From positions 64,001-128,000 of the forward strand of contig CAVVMW010000029.1 of NCBI GenBank assembly GCA_963749495.1: a stretch of 64,000 nt of DNA. Reading direction: 5' to 3'. Source of the stretch: an uncultured bacterium (GTDB taxonomy: Bacteria > Verrucomicrobiota > Verrucomicrobiia > Limisphaerales > UBA8199). The notes under the pieces are model-generated. The model was not told the origin of the DNA and searched no databases. It saw nothing but the letters and a program-made list of their open reading frames with translations. Of this stretch, positions 32,301 through 41,827 are shown in pieces. Made by a program: the position numbers and the translations under genes. Positions within the stretch are counted from its first letter, which is position 1; the number at the start of each line of letters is the position of its first letter.

Positions 32301-32979
32301 GGCTCCGTGCCCAGCCGCCGCCAATAGCCCAGGCGGCCCGGGTTCCAGGTGCAGACGGCGATGTCGCCGTTGGGCAGCCAGATGGCATCGTGGGGGTGGC
32401 GAAAGCCGCTGCTGCCGAGCAATTGCCCAACCTGAATGACCGAGACCACGCGGTTCTCTCGATCCAGGATGACCAGCGGGCCGTCCAGGTCGGGCACCAG
32501 GAGGTAGTCGCCCCGGACATCGGCATTGCACGGCGCCGTGATCTCCCTGGCCTCGATGGTGCTGTGGTAGGCGCCGTTGAGGCTGAAAGGGATGTTCAGC
32601 CCGTGAGGCACGCCATGGGCCAGGGTGTTGTCCGCCCCGAGCAGGACCGGCTCCGTCCCGTCGGGCGCAAACCGGACCAGGCACCGCGTCCGCTCCTCCA
32701 CCTGCTCGGGCTCGAAGGTGAAATAGATGTTGCCCTGGGTATCGTGGCACAGGCCGTGGCCGTTTTTCATCCGGACCTCCGGCGGCAGGACCAGCTTCTC
32801 CGGGGCATATTCGTAGCGAAAATCGCCCGAGCCGCTGACAACCGGTTGGCCGGTCTCGGGCGCGTCGCCGCAGGCGCCTCCAACGGCGCCTCGGTTGCCG
32901 AATGATGGGAATGGGCCTGGCCTGTTGCCGTCATCGCGGCCAGCGAGGCCCCCGTCTGCAAAAAATCACGTCGGTTCAT
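32282..32979 (-). pseudogene. Tat-exported NHL-repeat (beta-propeller) protein, frameshifted and apparently internally deleted
   Basis: MNRRDFLQ; GHGLCHDTQGNIY, PHGL, FRHPHDAIWLPNGDIAVCTWNPGRL; too short for a full propeller. Confidence 0.6.
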
Positions 32980-33065
32980 GAGCATGGTACGAGACCAAAC
33001 ATACTCCGGCGCGGACATTCGGCAAGGGGGGCTCACGCAAGGACCGCCAGGGCCGCAGAAAAACC

Positions 33066-33121
33066 AATGACGAATGACGAATGACGAATGACGAATGACG
33101 AATGACGAATGACGAATGACG
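33066..33121 (-). repeat. Heptamer array (AATGACG)x8, reverse complement of the 31138 array
   Basis: Read directly. Confidence 0.95.
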
Positions 33122-33151
33122 AAATCTGCCTTGGAGATTGAGCTCCCGAGG

Positions 33152-33253
33152 AAAAGCGGCAGAGGACTGCCGCAGTCCAAGACGCTAGCGCAACCTCGGC
33201 CGCGTCCCTGCTCCGCGAAGCGTTTTGGACTGCGGCAGTCCTCTGCCGCTTTT
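33152..33253. repeat. REP-like palindromic doublet, copy 3 (arms in reverse order)
   Basis: AAAAGCGGCAGAGGACTGCCGCAGTCCAA...TTGGACTGCGGCAGTCCTCTGCCGCTTTT. Confidence 0.85.
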
Positions 33254-33313
33254 CTGAGAGGTGTATGCGTGCCAGGTTACTTGCGACCCGAGGTCTGCGT
33301 GCCCCCAATCCCC

Positions 33314-34243
33314 TCAACTCCCGAATCTCCCCCGCGCCTCGGCGATGTCCCGGGCGATTTGGCTGCGCAGGTCCTCGAGCGAGGCGAATTGGCATTCGTC
33401 GCGCAATTTCTCGACGAAGACGATTTCGAGTTCCTGGCCGTAGAGATCGCCTTGGAAGTCGAGCAGGTGGGCCTCGACCTGCAAATGGGGCTCGGGCCGG
33501 GACAGAGTCGGGCGCAGGCCGATGTTCAAGACCGCGCGCCGGGATTGCCCGCCGGCCAGGGCATGGACGGCATAGACGCCCCGGGGGGGCAGGACCAGGC
33601 CGGCGACGTCGAGGTTGGCGGTCGGGAAACCCAACTGGCGCCCGAGCCGGTCGCCCTGGACCACCTGGCCGGCCAGGGAGCAGGCGCGGCCGAGCATCTG
33701 GCTGGCCGCGTCGAGGTTGCCCGCCTGGATCACCTGGCGGATGCGCGTGCTGCTCACGGCCCGGCCATCAAGCGAGACGGCAGCCAGGCCATGCACGGCA
33801 AAGTGGAGTTCCTTGCCCAGTTGCTTCAACAGCTCGACGTTGCCTCCCCGCTTGTAGCCGAAGGTGAAATTGGCCCCGACACAGATGCTCAGGAGCTGCC
33901 TCAAATCCCGGCTCAGCCCGCGGATGAACTCCTCTCCCGTCTGGCGGCTGAAGGCCTCGTCGAAGTGAATCAGCCACAGGGCGTCCACGCCGAGGGACCC
34001 GATCGTTCGCAGCTTCTGGGGCAGCGAATAGATTCGTGGCGGCACGCGGCCCGGCGCCACGACCGTGTTGGGGTGGCGGTCGAAGGTGATCACCAGCGCC
34101 AGGCCCTCGTGCTGGCGCGCATCGTTGATGGCCTGGCGGATCGTCTGCTGGTGCCCGAGATGGACGCCGTCGAAAAACCCGATGGCCAGGGACACCTTGC
34201 GGGTGCCGGGGCGCAGTTGGTTTGCGGCGTGGACGATCTTCAT
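33314..34243 (-). CDS. ribF: Bifunctional riboflavin kinase / FAD synthetase
   Basis: GFFDGVHLGHQ, VSSTRIR, GRQLGFPTAN, NIGLRPT, VEAHLLDF. Confidence 0.96.
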   Translation of the reverse strand: MKIVHAANQLRPGTRKVSLAIGFFDGVHLGHQQTIRQAINDARQHEGLALVITFDRHPNTVVAPGRVPPRIYSLPQKLRTIGSLGVDALWLIHFDEAFSRQTGEEFIRGLSRDLRQLLSICVGANFTFGYKRGGNVELLKQLGKELHFAVHGLAAVSLDGRAVSSTRIRQVIQAGNLDAASQMLGRACSLAGQVVQGDRLGRQLGFPTANLDVAGLVLPPRGVYAVHALAGGQSRRAVLNIGLRPTLSRPEPHLQVEAHLLDFQGDLYGQELEIVFVEKLRDECQFASLEDLRSQIARDIAEARGRFGS

Positions 34244-34989
34244 TCCGGGCTGGATTGCAGCACAATTCCCGTTAACCCCTGTGCCAGCTTCAGGAATGGG
34301 ATGACTCGTTTTTCGAGTTCGCGCGGGGTGAGCTTGAGGATGTCGGCCAGGGGTGCGGCCTGGGCAACGTCGAAGCGGCCGGAGGTGATGCGGCGCAGGG
34401 AGGCCAGGTGGGCGCCGCAGCCAAGTTGTTGGCCCAACTCATGGGCGATGCTGCGCACGTATGTGCCTTTGGTGCAGGCCAGGCGCAAGCGCGCCAGCGG
34501 CTCCTGGTATTCGGTGAAGCGGAAGGTGTAGATGTGGATCAGGCGGGCCTGGCGCTCGACCTCGATGCCCTTGCGCGCCAGTTTGTAAAGCGGCACGCCA
34601 TCCTTTTTCACGGCTGAGACCATGGGCGGGGTCTGCATCTGGTCGCCGACAAACTGCGCTGCGGCCTGGTTGAGCTGGTCCAGGGTCATCGGCGGCACTG
34701 GCAGCGATGCGGTCAGCCGCCCATCCGCGTCATAGGTGTCGGTGCTCTCCCCAAACTTGATTGTCCCCTCATAGACCTTGTCGTCGGCCATGAGTTTTTC
34801 GGAGAGCTTGGTGCCCCGGCCCAGGACCAGCACCAGCAAACCGGTTGCGTTGGGGTCCAGCGTGCCGCAGTGCCCCACCTTCTTGATCCCGAAATGCCGG
34901 CGGACCGCATCCACCACGTCGTGGGAGGTTGGCCCGGCCGGCTTATCAACCAGTATCGCCCCGTCCAGCGCAGAGAACTCTTGCATCAT
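34240..34989 (-). CDS. truB: tRNA pseudouridine(55) synthase
   Basis: DKPAGPTSHDVV, KVGHCGTLDPNATG, KGTYVRS. Confidence 0.96.
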   Translation of the reverse strand: MMQEFSALDGAILVDKPAGPTSHDVVDAVRRHFGIKKVGHCGTLDPNATGLLVLVLGRGTKLSEKLMADDKVYEGTIKFGESTDTYDADGRLTASLPVPPMTLDQLNQAAAQFVGDQMQTPPMVSAVKKDGVPLYKLARKGIEVERQARLIHIYTFRFTEYQEPLARLRLACTKGTYVRSIAHELGQQLGCGAHLASLRRITSGRFDVAQAAPLADILKLTPRELEKRVIPFLKLAQGLTGIVLQSSPE

Positions 34990-35091
34990 GCTTAATTAAA
35001 TCGCTTTTCGGGATGGTTGCAATTTGATACGCTCCTTTTGAAGCAAAAATTGCATCGCCAATTGCCCATGGGCCTACGACAGAATTCTTCG

Positions 35092-35147
35092 CTGCCGCAT
35101 AAATGCGGCGTTCCGAGGCGAACCGGAACGCCGCATTTATGCGGCAG
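35092..35147. repeat. Perfect inverted repeat (REP-like) between divergent genes
   Basis: CTGCCGCATAAATGCGGCGTTCCG-N8-CGGAACGCCGCATTTATGCGGCAG. Confidence 0.85.
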
Positions 35148-35249
35148 GCGGGCGCCCTGGAAGAAATCTGTCGCGCCCCCATTGCCAATTGCCATTTGCC
35201 AAGTTGGAGAATTCCGCCTCGCCCGAGGCGCGGCCAGTCCTCTTTCGCC

Positions 35250-38200
35250 ATGACTCCGCATTCGTCATTCGTCATTCGTCATTCGTCATTCGTCATTCGT
35301 CATTCCGCACTCCGCAGTCGATTTAGGGTCTTGACGTGGCTCGGACTGGCACTGCTGCCGTGGTTTGGCCGGGTTCACGCGGCCTCGTTTGGCGAGAGCT
35401 TCGAGGGCTACGCCCAGGGCGACCTGGACAAGAACCTGGCAAACGGGAACAATGCGGCGCCCAACGGCTCGGGCAACCCGTGGTGGGGCGCCAATCCTCC
35501 CAGCCTTGCTCCCAACTTTGCCGTGGTCGGCAGTGAAAACGGAGTTGACCCCCATAGCGGCCTCCAAATGCTGCGCAACGAGGTCGGCTCCTTGTTCCGG
35601 GTGGGGACATACGACAACGACCGCGAATACTATAACCTGGCCTTCCGGCAGAACGGGGGGACTCTTTATTATGGCAACCTGGCTCTGGAGTGGTGGTTTT
35701 ATGACCCCTGCGGCGACAGCGCTACTGATCCGTGGAACCGGGACTATTATGACGAGTTCGCCGGGCTGGCCAATTTCGGGACGGGCATCCCGGGCGATGC
35801 GGATTACAGCGGCAGCGGCGACGACCCCGCCAGTCCCGTGCAACGCCTGATGCTGGGCGCCTTCAACGCCTTGGGCGCCGCCGACACCTCGAAGTACCAG
35901 GCCATAGTGCTCGGGGCGACCAACGGCCTGAGCGGCGCCTACCCGGCTTATTTCAACACCGCCACCACCCGCTCGGTGGGCTGGCACCACGCCCGCATCG
36001 TGCTGGGCACGCCAAACCCCCGGACGCACACGGCCATGGTCAAGTTCTACCTCGATGACATGCTCAATCCCGCCTTGACTCATGACAATGCGGGCGGGAC
36101 CGGCATCAACTGCATCCAGGTCTGCTCGCTGGTGGACATCGGATCGCCCTCGCCAATGGGCGGTTACCTGGACGATTTCTATTTCCAGGACGGAGTCACC
36201 GCACCGGCCATCGCCGCCGGCCTGACAAACCTCGCCGTCGCCCCGGGCGATACCGTGACGCTGGCCGTTGGCGGCGTCACCGGCACGCCCGCCCCTGCCC
36301 TTTATTGGCAGAAAGACGGCTCGGCCCTCACCAACGACAGCCACATCAGCGGGGCCGATACCACGGCCTTGATCATTTCAAACATCACGCCCGCGGACTT
36401 CGGGGCCTATTCCCTGCTGGCCAGCAACGTCGCCGGGTGCGCCCTCACCAGCGCCGTGGTGGGCCTGCCGGTGCCGCCGACGCTCGACAGCCAATCGCCC
36501 ACAGGCGGAACCGTCGTGGCCAGCCTGGGCGCCACGGTAACTTTTTCAGTGAGCGCCCATGCCACTCACCCGATCGGTTACCAGTGGAGCAAGGACGGCA
36601 GCCCGCTCTCCAACACACTCAATCTCGCCGGCGCGACCGCGCCCACACTGACCCTCAGGACCCTCGCCGCCAACAACGCCGGCAGTTATTCTTGCACCCT
36701 GAGCAACCTCGATGGCGCCACGAACAGCATCCCGGTCCTTCTCCAACTCTCGGCCGTTCCGGTCATCCTCAGCCAACCGGCCAGCCTCGTCATCGGCGCG
36801 GGCACAAACGCGTCCTTCACCGTCGCTGCCGCCTGCCCGAGCCTGGTCTATCGTTGGAGCAAGGATGGGACGCCGCTCAGCAACGGCGCCAGGACCTCCG
36901 GGGCCGCCTCGGCCTCGCTCACCATTGCGGGGGCCCTGGATGCCGATGCCGGCGCCTACACGTGCTTCATCACCAACACCGCCGGCTTCACCAACACGGC
37001 CCCGGCCAGCCTCCAGGTGGTTGACCCGCCGCTCATCACGCTCCAGCCGCAACCGGCCAGCCAGGTGACCTATCCCGGGAGCAACCTGGTCTTCCAGGTT
37101 GCCGCGCAGGGGACGCCGCCCCTGGGCTACCAATGGTTGCGGAGCGGGGTCCCGCTGCTCGACAGCACCAACGTCTCCGGCTCGACCACCCCCACGCTCA
37201 ACCTGACCGTTGCCTCGACGGAAGATGAGGGGCTTTACCAGTGCAGCGTCAGCAACTTTGCCAACGTGGCGTTGAGCGCCGGCGCGGTCGTGCGCGTGCG
37301 CCAGGCGGAGGTTGCGTTCTTCGACGATTTCGAGAGCTATCTCTCGTGCTGCCTGCCCGGCGGGCCCGGGACCTCGGGCTGGCGCGGCGGCGCACAGCTC
37401 GACGGCCAGGGACCGTGGTGGGGATGGAGCAGCCCGAACATCCGCGTCTATACCGCCCAGAACGGCATCACGCCGCACACGGGCTCGCAGATGATCGGCG
37501 GCCCGTTCAACGGCGCTATCGGCACCAGCGACGACGACCGCACTTACCTGAACATCTCCTACCGGTTCAACAACGGTGCGCTCTACTTTGGGAACATCCT
37601 CCTGGATTGGTATTTCTGCGACCTCTTCCCCACCAACAATGCCAGCTACAGCGACCAGGTCTCGCTGGCCAATTACGGCCAGCACGTCCCCCCGGACTCG
37701 GACACCGACCTGAGCAAGCCAACCAACCTGGTCCAGCGCCTGGCCATCGGCGGCTGGCCGGGCGGGGACCTGGCCCGCTACCAGTGCGCCGTCATGACCG
37801 CCCCAGACGGCTTGAGCGGGGACAACGGCGAACTGGGCGGCGTCTGCAATTACTTCAATACCACGGCAGCGCGCACCAACGGCTGGCATCATGCCCGCAT
37901 CCTGGTCGGCCCGGCCGATGCCGCCACTCGAGTTGCCACCTGCTCCTTTTACATCGATGACATGCTCGAGCCGGTCCTGATCCACGACAACGCGGGCGGG
38001 CCGGGCTTCAATGCTATCGATATCGCCAGCGACATCATTTACAGCGGCGGCGATGGCCAGACCGCAGCGGGCTATTTCGACGACCTGGCCTTCCGCGCCG
38101 TCAACGACCCCTTCATCCTCGAACAACCGGTGGACCAGGCGGCCCCGTCGGGCGAGAGCGCAACCCTGGCCGTGGCGGCTTTTGGCGCCGGGTTCCAGTG

Positions 38201-38729
38201 GCAAAAGGATGGCGCGCCTCTCCAGGGCGCCACCAACGCGCAACTGACCCTCAACCCCGCGCTGACTACAGACGCCGGCGGCTATGCCTGCGTCGTTACG
38301 GGCGCCAACGGCTCGATCACCTCGAGCATCGCCTCTCTCTCCATCATCAGCAACGCCGCCCCGCCGCTCCTGGCCGTCGCCCGGGCGGGACACGCCGTCG
38401 TCATCACCTGGGCCGGTCCATCCGTCCTGCAATCCGCCACCAATGCGGCCGGCCCATACCTGGATGTGACCGGCGCCACAAGCCCCTACACCAACAGCCT
38501 TCCTGCCACGCGGGTGCGCTTCTTCCGGTTGCGGACCTCCGCCGGCGCGCGGCCCACCCTCGCCATCGCCCGTGCCCGAAGCGGCGTCGTCATCACCTGG
38601 GCCGGTCCTTACACGCTCCAATCCTCCACCAGCGCCCCCGGCCCATACCTGGATGTGGCCGGCGCCTCGAGCCCTTACACCAACGCCCTGCCGGCGGTGC
38701 GCAGCCGGTTCTTCCGGCTGCGGAATTAA
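35250..38729 (+). CDS. Secreted/surface protein with Ig (I-set-like) domains, two copies of an uncharacterised ~260-aa domain and a duplicated C-terminal motif
   Basis: Four YxWxKDG/YQWLRSG..D.G.Y.C Ig units, plus a fifth near the C-terminus; duplicated YYGNLALEWWF / YFGNILLDWYF..GWHHARI; twin ..TSPYTN..RFFRLR tails. Confidence 0.85.
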   Translation: MTPHSSFVIRHSSFVIRHSALRSRFRVLTWLGLALLPWFGRVHAASFGESFEGYAQGDLDKNLANGNNAAPNGSGNPWWGANPPSLAPNFAVVGSENGVDPHSGLQMLRNEVGSLFRVGTYDNDREYYNLAFRQNGGTLYYGNLALEWWFYDPCGDSATDPWNRDYYDEFAGLANFGTGIPGDADYSGSGDDPASPVQRLMLGAFNALGAADTSKYQAIVLGATNGLSGAYPAYFNTATTRSVGWHHARIVLGTPNPRTHTAMVKFYLDDMLNPALTHDNAGGTGINCIQVCSLVDIGSPSPMGGYLDDFYFQDGVTAPAIAAGLTNLAVAPGDTVTLAVGGVTGTPAPALYWQKDGSALTNDSHISGADTTALIISNITPADFGAYSLLASNVAGCALTSAVVGLPVPPTLDSQSPTGGTVVASLGATVTFSVSAHATHPIGYQWSKDGSPLSNTLNLAGATAPTLTLRTLAANNAGSYSCTLSNLDGATNSIPVLLQLSAVPVILSQPASLVIGAGTNASFTVAAACPSLVYRWSKDGTPLSNGARTSGAASASLTIAGALDADAGAYTCFITNTAGFTNTAPASLQVVDPPLITLQPQPASQVTYPGSNLVFQVAAQGTPPLGYQWLRSGVPLLDSTNVSGSTTPTLNLTVASTEDEGLYQCSVSNFANVALSAGAVVRVRQAEVAFFDDFESYLSCCLPGGPGTSGWRGGAQLDGQGPWWGWSSPNIRVYTAQNGITPHTGSQMIGGPFNGAIGTSDDDRTYLNISYRFNNGALYFGNILLDWYFCDLFPTNNASYSDQVSLANYGQHVPPDSDTDLSKPTNLVQRLAIGGWPGGDLARYQCAVMTAPDGLSGDNGELGGVCNYFNTTAARTNGWHHARILVGPADAATRVATCSFYIDDMLEPVLIHDNAGGPGFNAIDIASDIIYSGGDGQTAAGYFDDLAFRAVNDPFILEQPVDQAAPSGESATLAVAAFGAGFQWQKDGAPLQGATNAQLTLNPALTTDAGGYACVVTGANGSITSSIASLSIISNAAPPLLAVARAGHAVVITWAGPSVLQSATNAAGPYLDVTGATSPYTNSLPATRVRFFRLRTSAGARPTLAIARARSGVVITWAGPYTLQSSTSAPGPYLDVAGASSPYTNALPAVRSRFFRLRN
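35259..35305 (+). repeat. (CATTCGT)x6 array inside the putative 5' coding region
   Basis: Read directly; encodes HSSFVIRHSSFVIRHS. Confidence 0.95.
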
Positions 38730-38923
38730 GCGCCAACCCCAGGGATCTAGGTTCCAGGCGGCCGACGGGCCTTTTGCCTGCCCGAAGGGCCGCCAGAGCC
38801 TAGCCCAGGGCTGAGGCCGGCAGGCCGATGCCCTGGGTACAGGTTCTTCGTAATCAAGCGCGCCCTGCATCAAAACGAGCTTGTCCGCGTTGCCCTGGCT
38901 CGACATTCTTGCTGGCATTCGGA

Positions 38924-39574
38924 ATGAAGGCCGTGAACGAGTTCGCGTTTCGGATCAACCTGCAGGGTTCGCCGCAGGCGGCCACGCTTCGCTTTGCCAG
39001 CGAAGCTGAGATTCAGCGGTACCATCGTTCCCTCCCCCCTTTCGCTCGGCAGGCTCCAGGAGCGTTACGTGATGCGGTTGAGTTCACGCGGCTTGCTGCC
39101 AAGCGTTGGCGCTATTATTCGCACCAAGGCGAAGCCGCCAAGAGTCTGACCGACCTGCGGCACAGGATTCGCCCCACCTCAACTTGTGAGGTGGCCTTCA
39201 TCATGGTTGCCACCATCCGACAGGACCGGCGCGACTTGCCGCTCGGCCTCGCGTACTGCCGCCGGACCTGGTGTCACCACCCGGCGCTGGACTTTCTCGC
39301 TTTGCACCCGCGAGCGCTTGCTCCGGGTCGGCGCATCAGAGGTGTCGGGAGCGGGATTGTATTCGGACTGGTCCAACTGGCCAGGGCGCTGAGGATTCCA
39401 CGGATCTGGGGGGAAGCCACGGTCAACTCCGCTCCCTTTTACGAGAAGCTGCTGGCAATCCGCCCCGTTCAAGACTTGTTCATCATCGGCGGGCCGGAAA
39501 TGTCGGCGATCGCCGAGCGCCAAGAAAAGGCATGCCTTGGCCTTGCAACCCGACGGAGGGGTGGCGTACAGTAA
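38924..39574 (+). CDS. GNAT-fold acetyltransferase-like protein (putative toxin)
   Basis: LDFLALHP..IRGVGSGIV (acetyl-CoA motif A)..IWGEATVNSAPFYEK. Confidence 0.7.
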   Translation: MKAVNEFAFRINLQGSPQAATLRFASEAEIQRYHRSLPPFARQAPGALRDAVEFTRLAAKRWRYYSHQGEAAKSLTDLRHRIRPTSTCEVAFIMVATIRQDRRDLPLGLAYCRRTWCHHPALDFLALHPRALAPGRRIRGVGSGIVFGLVQLARALRIPRIWGEATVNSAPFYEKLLAIRPVQDLFIIGGPEMSAIAERQEKACLGLATRRRGGVQ

Positions 39575-39581
39575 TGGTTGC

Positions 39582-39785
39582 ATGAAAACGGAGCGGACAA
39601 AGCCGGTCAGCCTCGAGCAACTTTGGGATTACGAGGACAAGCACCCGGTCGTCTTCGCCTCGCCGAGAGCGCTGGCCGAAGCTCGTTTGATCGCCGAGCT
39701 CGAGCGCGCTAAACGGAATCATCGCCGCTACACCCGTCGAAACGGGGCTTCCCATTCCCACCGCCGCAAAATGGCCGCGGCCTGA
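39582..39785 (+). CDS. Small hypothetical protein coupled to the GNAT gene
   Basis: 67 aa, starts 7 bp after the GNAT stop. Confidence 0.55.
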   Translation: MKTERTKPVSLEQLWDYEDKHPVVFASPRALAEARLIAELERAKRNHRRYTRRNGASHSHRRKMAAA

Positions 39786-40633
39786 CTCTCCCTGGTTTTG
39801 GCGGCGGATTGGCCGTTGCGGCCGGAGCGAGGCGGGGGCGGCGGATCGGCATCAGCGAAGGGGCTTGCCAATAACCAGCCGCCTTCGGAGAATCATCGGC
39901 CCCCTAACGGCGGCGGCCGAAGCCAGACCCAACGCCGCCACCATACCGGGGAGTGTAAGCATCCTTCCTCCGCTCCTCAGGGACTCCTGGACTAGCCGCG
40001 CACGCCTGATTGAATACACCGACTGCTTGGCGATCCGGCGGAGAAAACGAAAATTCATCCCCCCCGCTCGTGTATATGATGGCCTCGGCCCTGGACACAG
40101 GCCACCGTCCCGGAGCCCGGCTTCCTGTTGGACTTGGCCGCCGATCCGGGGGAAGCACGCGACCTCGGCACCACTCGCCGGGTTAGAATCATGGAATTCC
40201 GCGTGCTCCTGGCCCACACCTCCTATTCCGGCCGGACGCCCTGAGGCGCCGCCAAAGCGTTTGAAGGCCTTCTCCTCCGGCGGCGCCAGCGCCCTCCTCC
40301 GTACCCAAAGGTCATGGGTTGGCCCCGCCCACGCCACCGGGCGGCTTGGCACGACCCGCCCGGCGGCCCCTCCCTACCGGGTGCCCAAGGGCCTTATACC
40401 GACGGCAAGAAACCGGCAAAATGTGCTCCTTGAGTTTCTGGTCCTCCTCTGGTATCAACCGGCCATAATCAGTGAGACCGAGAACCAATTCTCCCTCACC
40501 CGTGTAGCGTCAAAACCGCGGGCGCGGCAAAAAACCAAATTCTTATCAGTTAGAACCTCGAAGGGCGGGGTCTTCGTGCGTCCTGGCCGGCCACCCTGAG
40601 TGTGCGAAAAGGTCGTGTTGTCGCACTGGTTTC

Positions 40634-40816
40634 TCAGGCAAAAATCAACACTAGAGTTCCTGCGGCGGCCAGCCCCCAGGCTACCCAACCAAGCCAATCT
40701 GGGAAGTTAGGGGAGTGTTCCAGAAGGAGAACCGACGGGCGTTTGAGCCGTTCAAAAAACCCCAGAACGAGGCCGATCACAGTCACGCAGATACCTATAA
40801 TCTTAAATGTGCTCAT
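40634..40816 (-). CDS. Small two-TM membrane protein
   Basis: 60 aa with two hydrophobic helices; lies downstream of the HNH gene on the same strand. Confidence 0.5.
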   Translation of the reverse strand: MSTFKIIGICVTVIGLVLGFFERLKRPSVLLLEHSPNFPDWLGWVAWGLAAAGTLVLIFA

Positions 40817-40900
40817 AGGGAATTATTTGGCACCTTGGTGTGCCTTCGTCCGAGGGATTTGGCCAGTGCTCCGGAATGGATTGGCAGTTGTCCCTTCTAT

Positions 40901-41760
40901 TCAAGTGCCATAGCCCCACTTGGTTCGGTGGTAGTGCAGGTAGGTCGCAGTGTCCGGCGGCGGCGGTTTTGTGAGTGCCCGTTCGAGGACACCGTAGATT
41001 ACCTGCTCGCGAGGCGAGAGCTCCGGTGAGACAAGCATGCAGCCCGAATCCTCGAACGAGATCAGGCCTGCATCGAAGAGTGCGTCGAGGCTCGCTACAA
41101 GAGGGAGCCCGTTCGCTGGGTCAAGGCGTTCTTCGTTCGTTGAGTCCTTCCACGGCTTGATATGTGAGGCTCGAATTGCCTCCAGCGTGGAAGAGTCTGT
41201 TACACAGCATCGAACATTCCAGCGGCGAAGAACAGATGAGCGAAACTCGCCCTGACCTACGCGGGCCTCGACAAGCCTCTGCTTAATCGTTGCATTGACG
41301 GTTTTACTCGAGAAAATCGCGCGGAGGTCTTCGGTCAGGGTGCTGTGCGCCGGCGCGAGGCCGTCCAGTTCGGTGAGGGGAATGCGCGCTGTGATGCGGG
41401 CGTAAACGTCGTTGCCGTCGTGAATAATCTCTCCAAGCTGAAGTAGCGGGCTTTTCTGAAAGCTTTTTATCTGGAGACGCTCATTTGTACTTGGGTCTTT
41501 TGCGGTTACAACGACCCCGAAACCCTGAGCACCCCTCTTGATGGCCGCGATGTGTTCGAGCCGTTCAGCGTAACCAGGAGAGCTGGTTCGTGGATTCGTC
41601 CAGTAAATCTGGCCCTCTCGCCCTCCGCATCTGGTTTTATTTGATGCTCCCAGACCTTGAGAAATACGCGATTCGAAACAGGGTGGACTGCGCCAAATGA
41701 CTGTCGGTAATTCCTCAGCCTGGCCCCGAGCGTGTCCTGAAAGAAACTTCTAACGCTCAT
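40901..41760 (-). CDS. HNH endonuclease; frameshift near 41610, 3' part missing from the ORF track
   Basis: Manual translation: ARVGQGEFRSSVLRRWNVRCCVT..RASHIKPWKDSTNEERLDPANGLPL...DALFDAGLISF..YLHYHRTKWGYGT*. Confidence 0.85.
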
Positions 41761-41827
41761 CGAGCGTGGATCCTGCCAGACGGGGATGAGGGTGTCAAGC
41801 CCGCCTTTTCTGACCGCTTCGGAGGGT

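Noticed and set aside
31138..35305. Tandem repeats as a CRISPR array
   Set aside because: Contiguous 7-mers with no spacers, and no cas genes in the window.
39865..40599. 244-aa Pro/Arg-rich ORF
   Set aside because: No recognisable motifs and low-complexity composition; cannot be supported as a gene.
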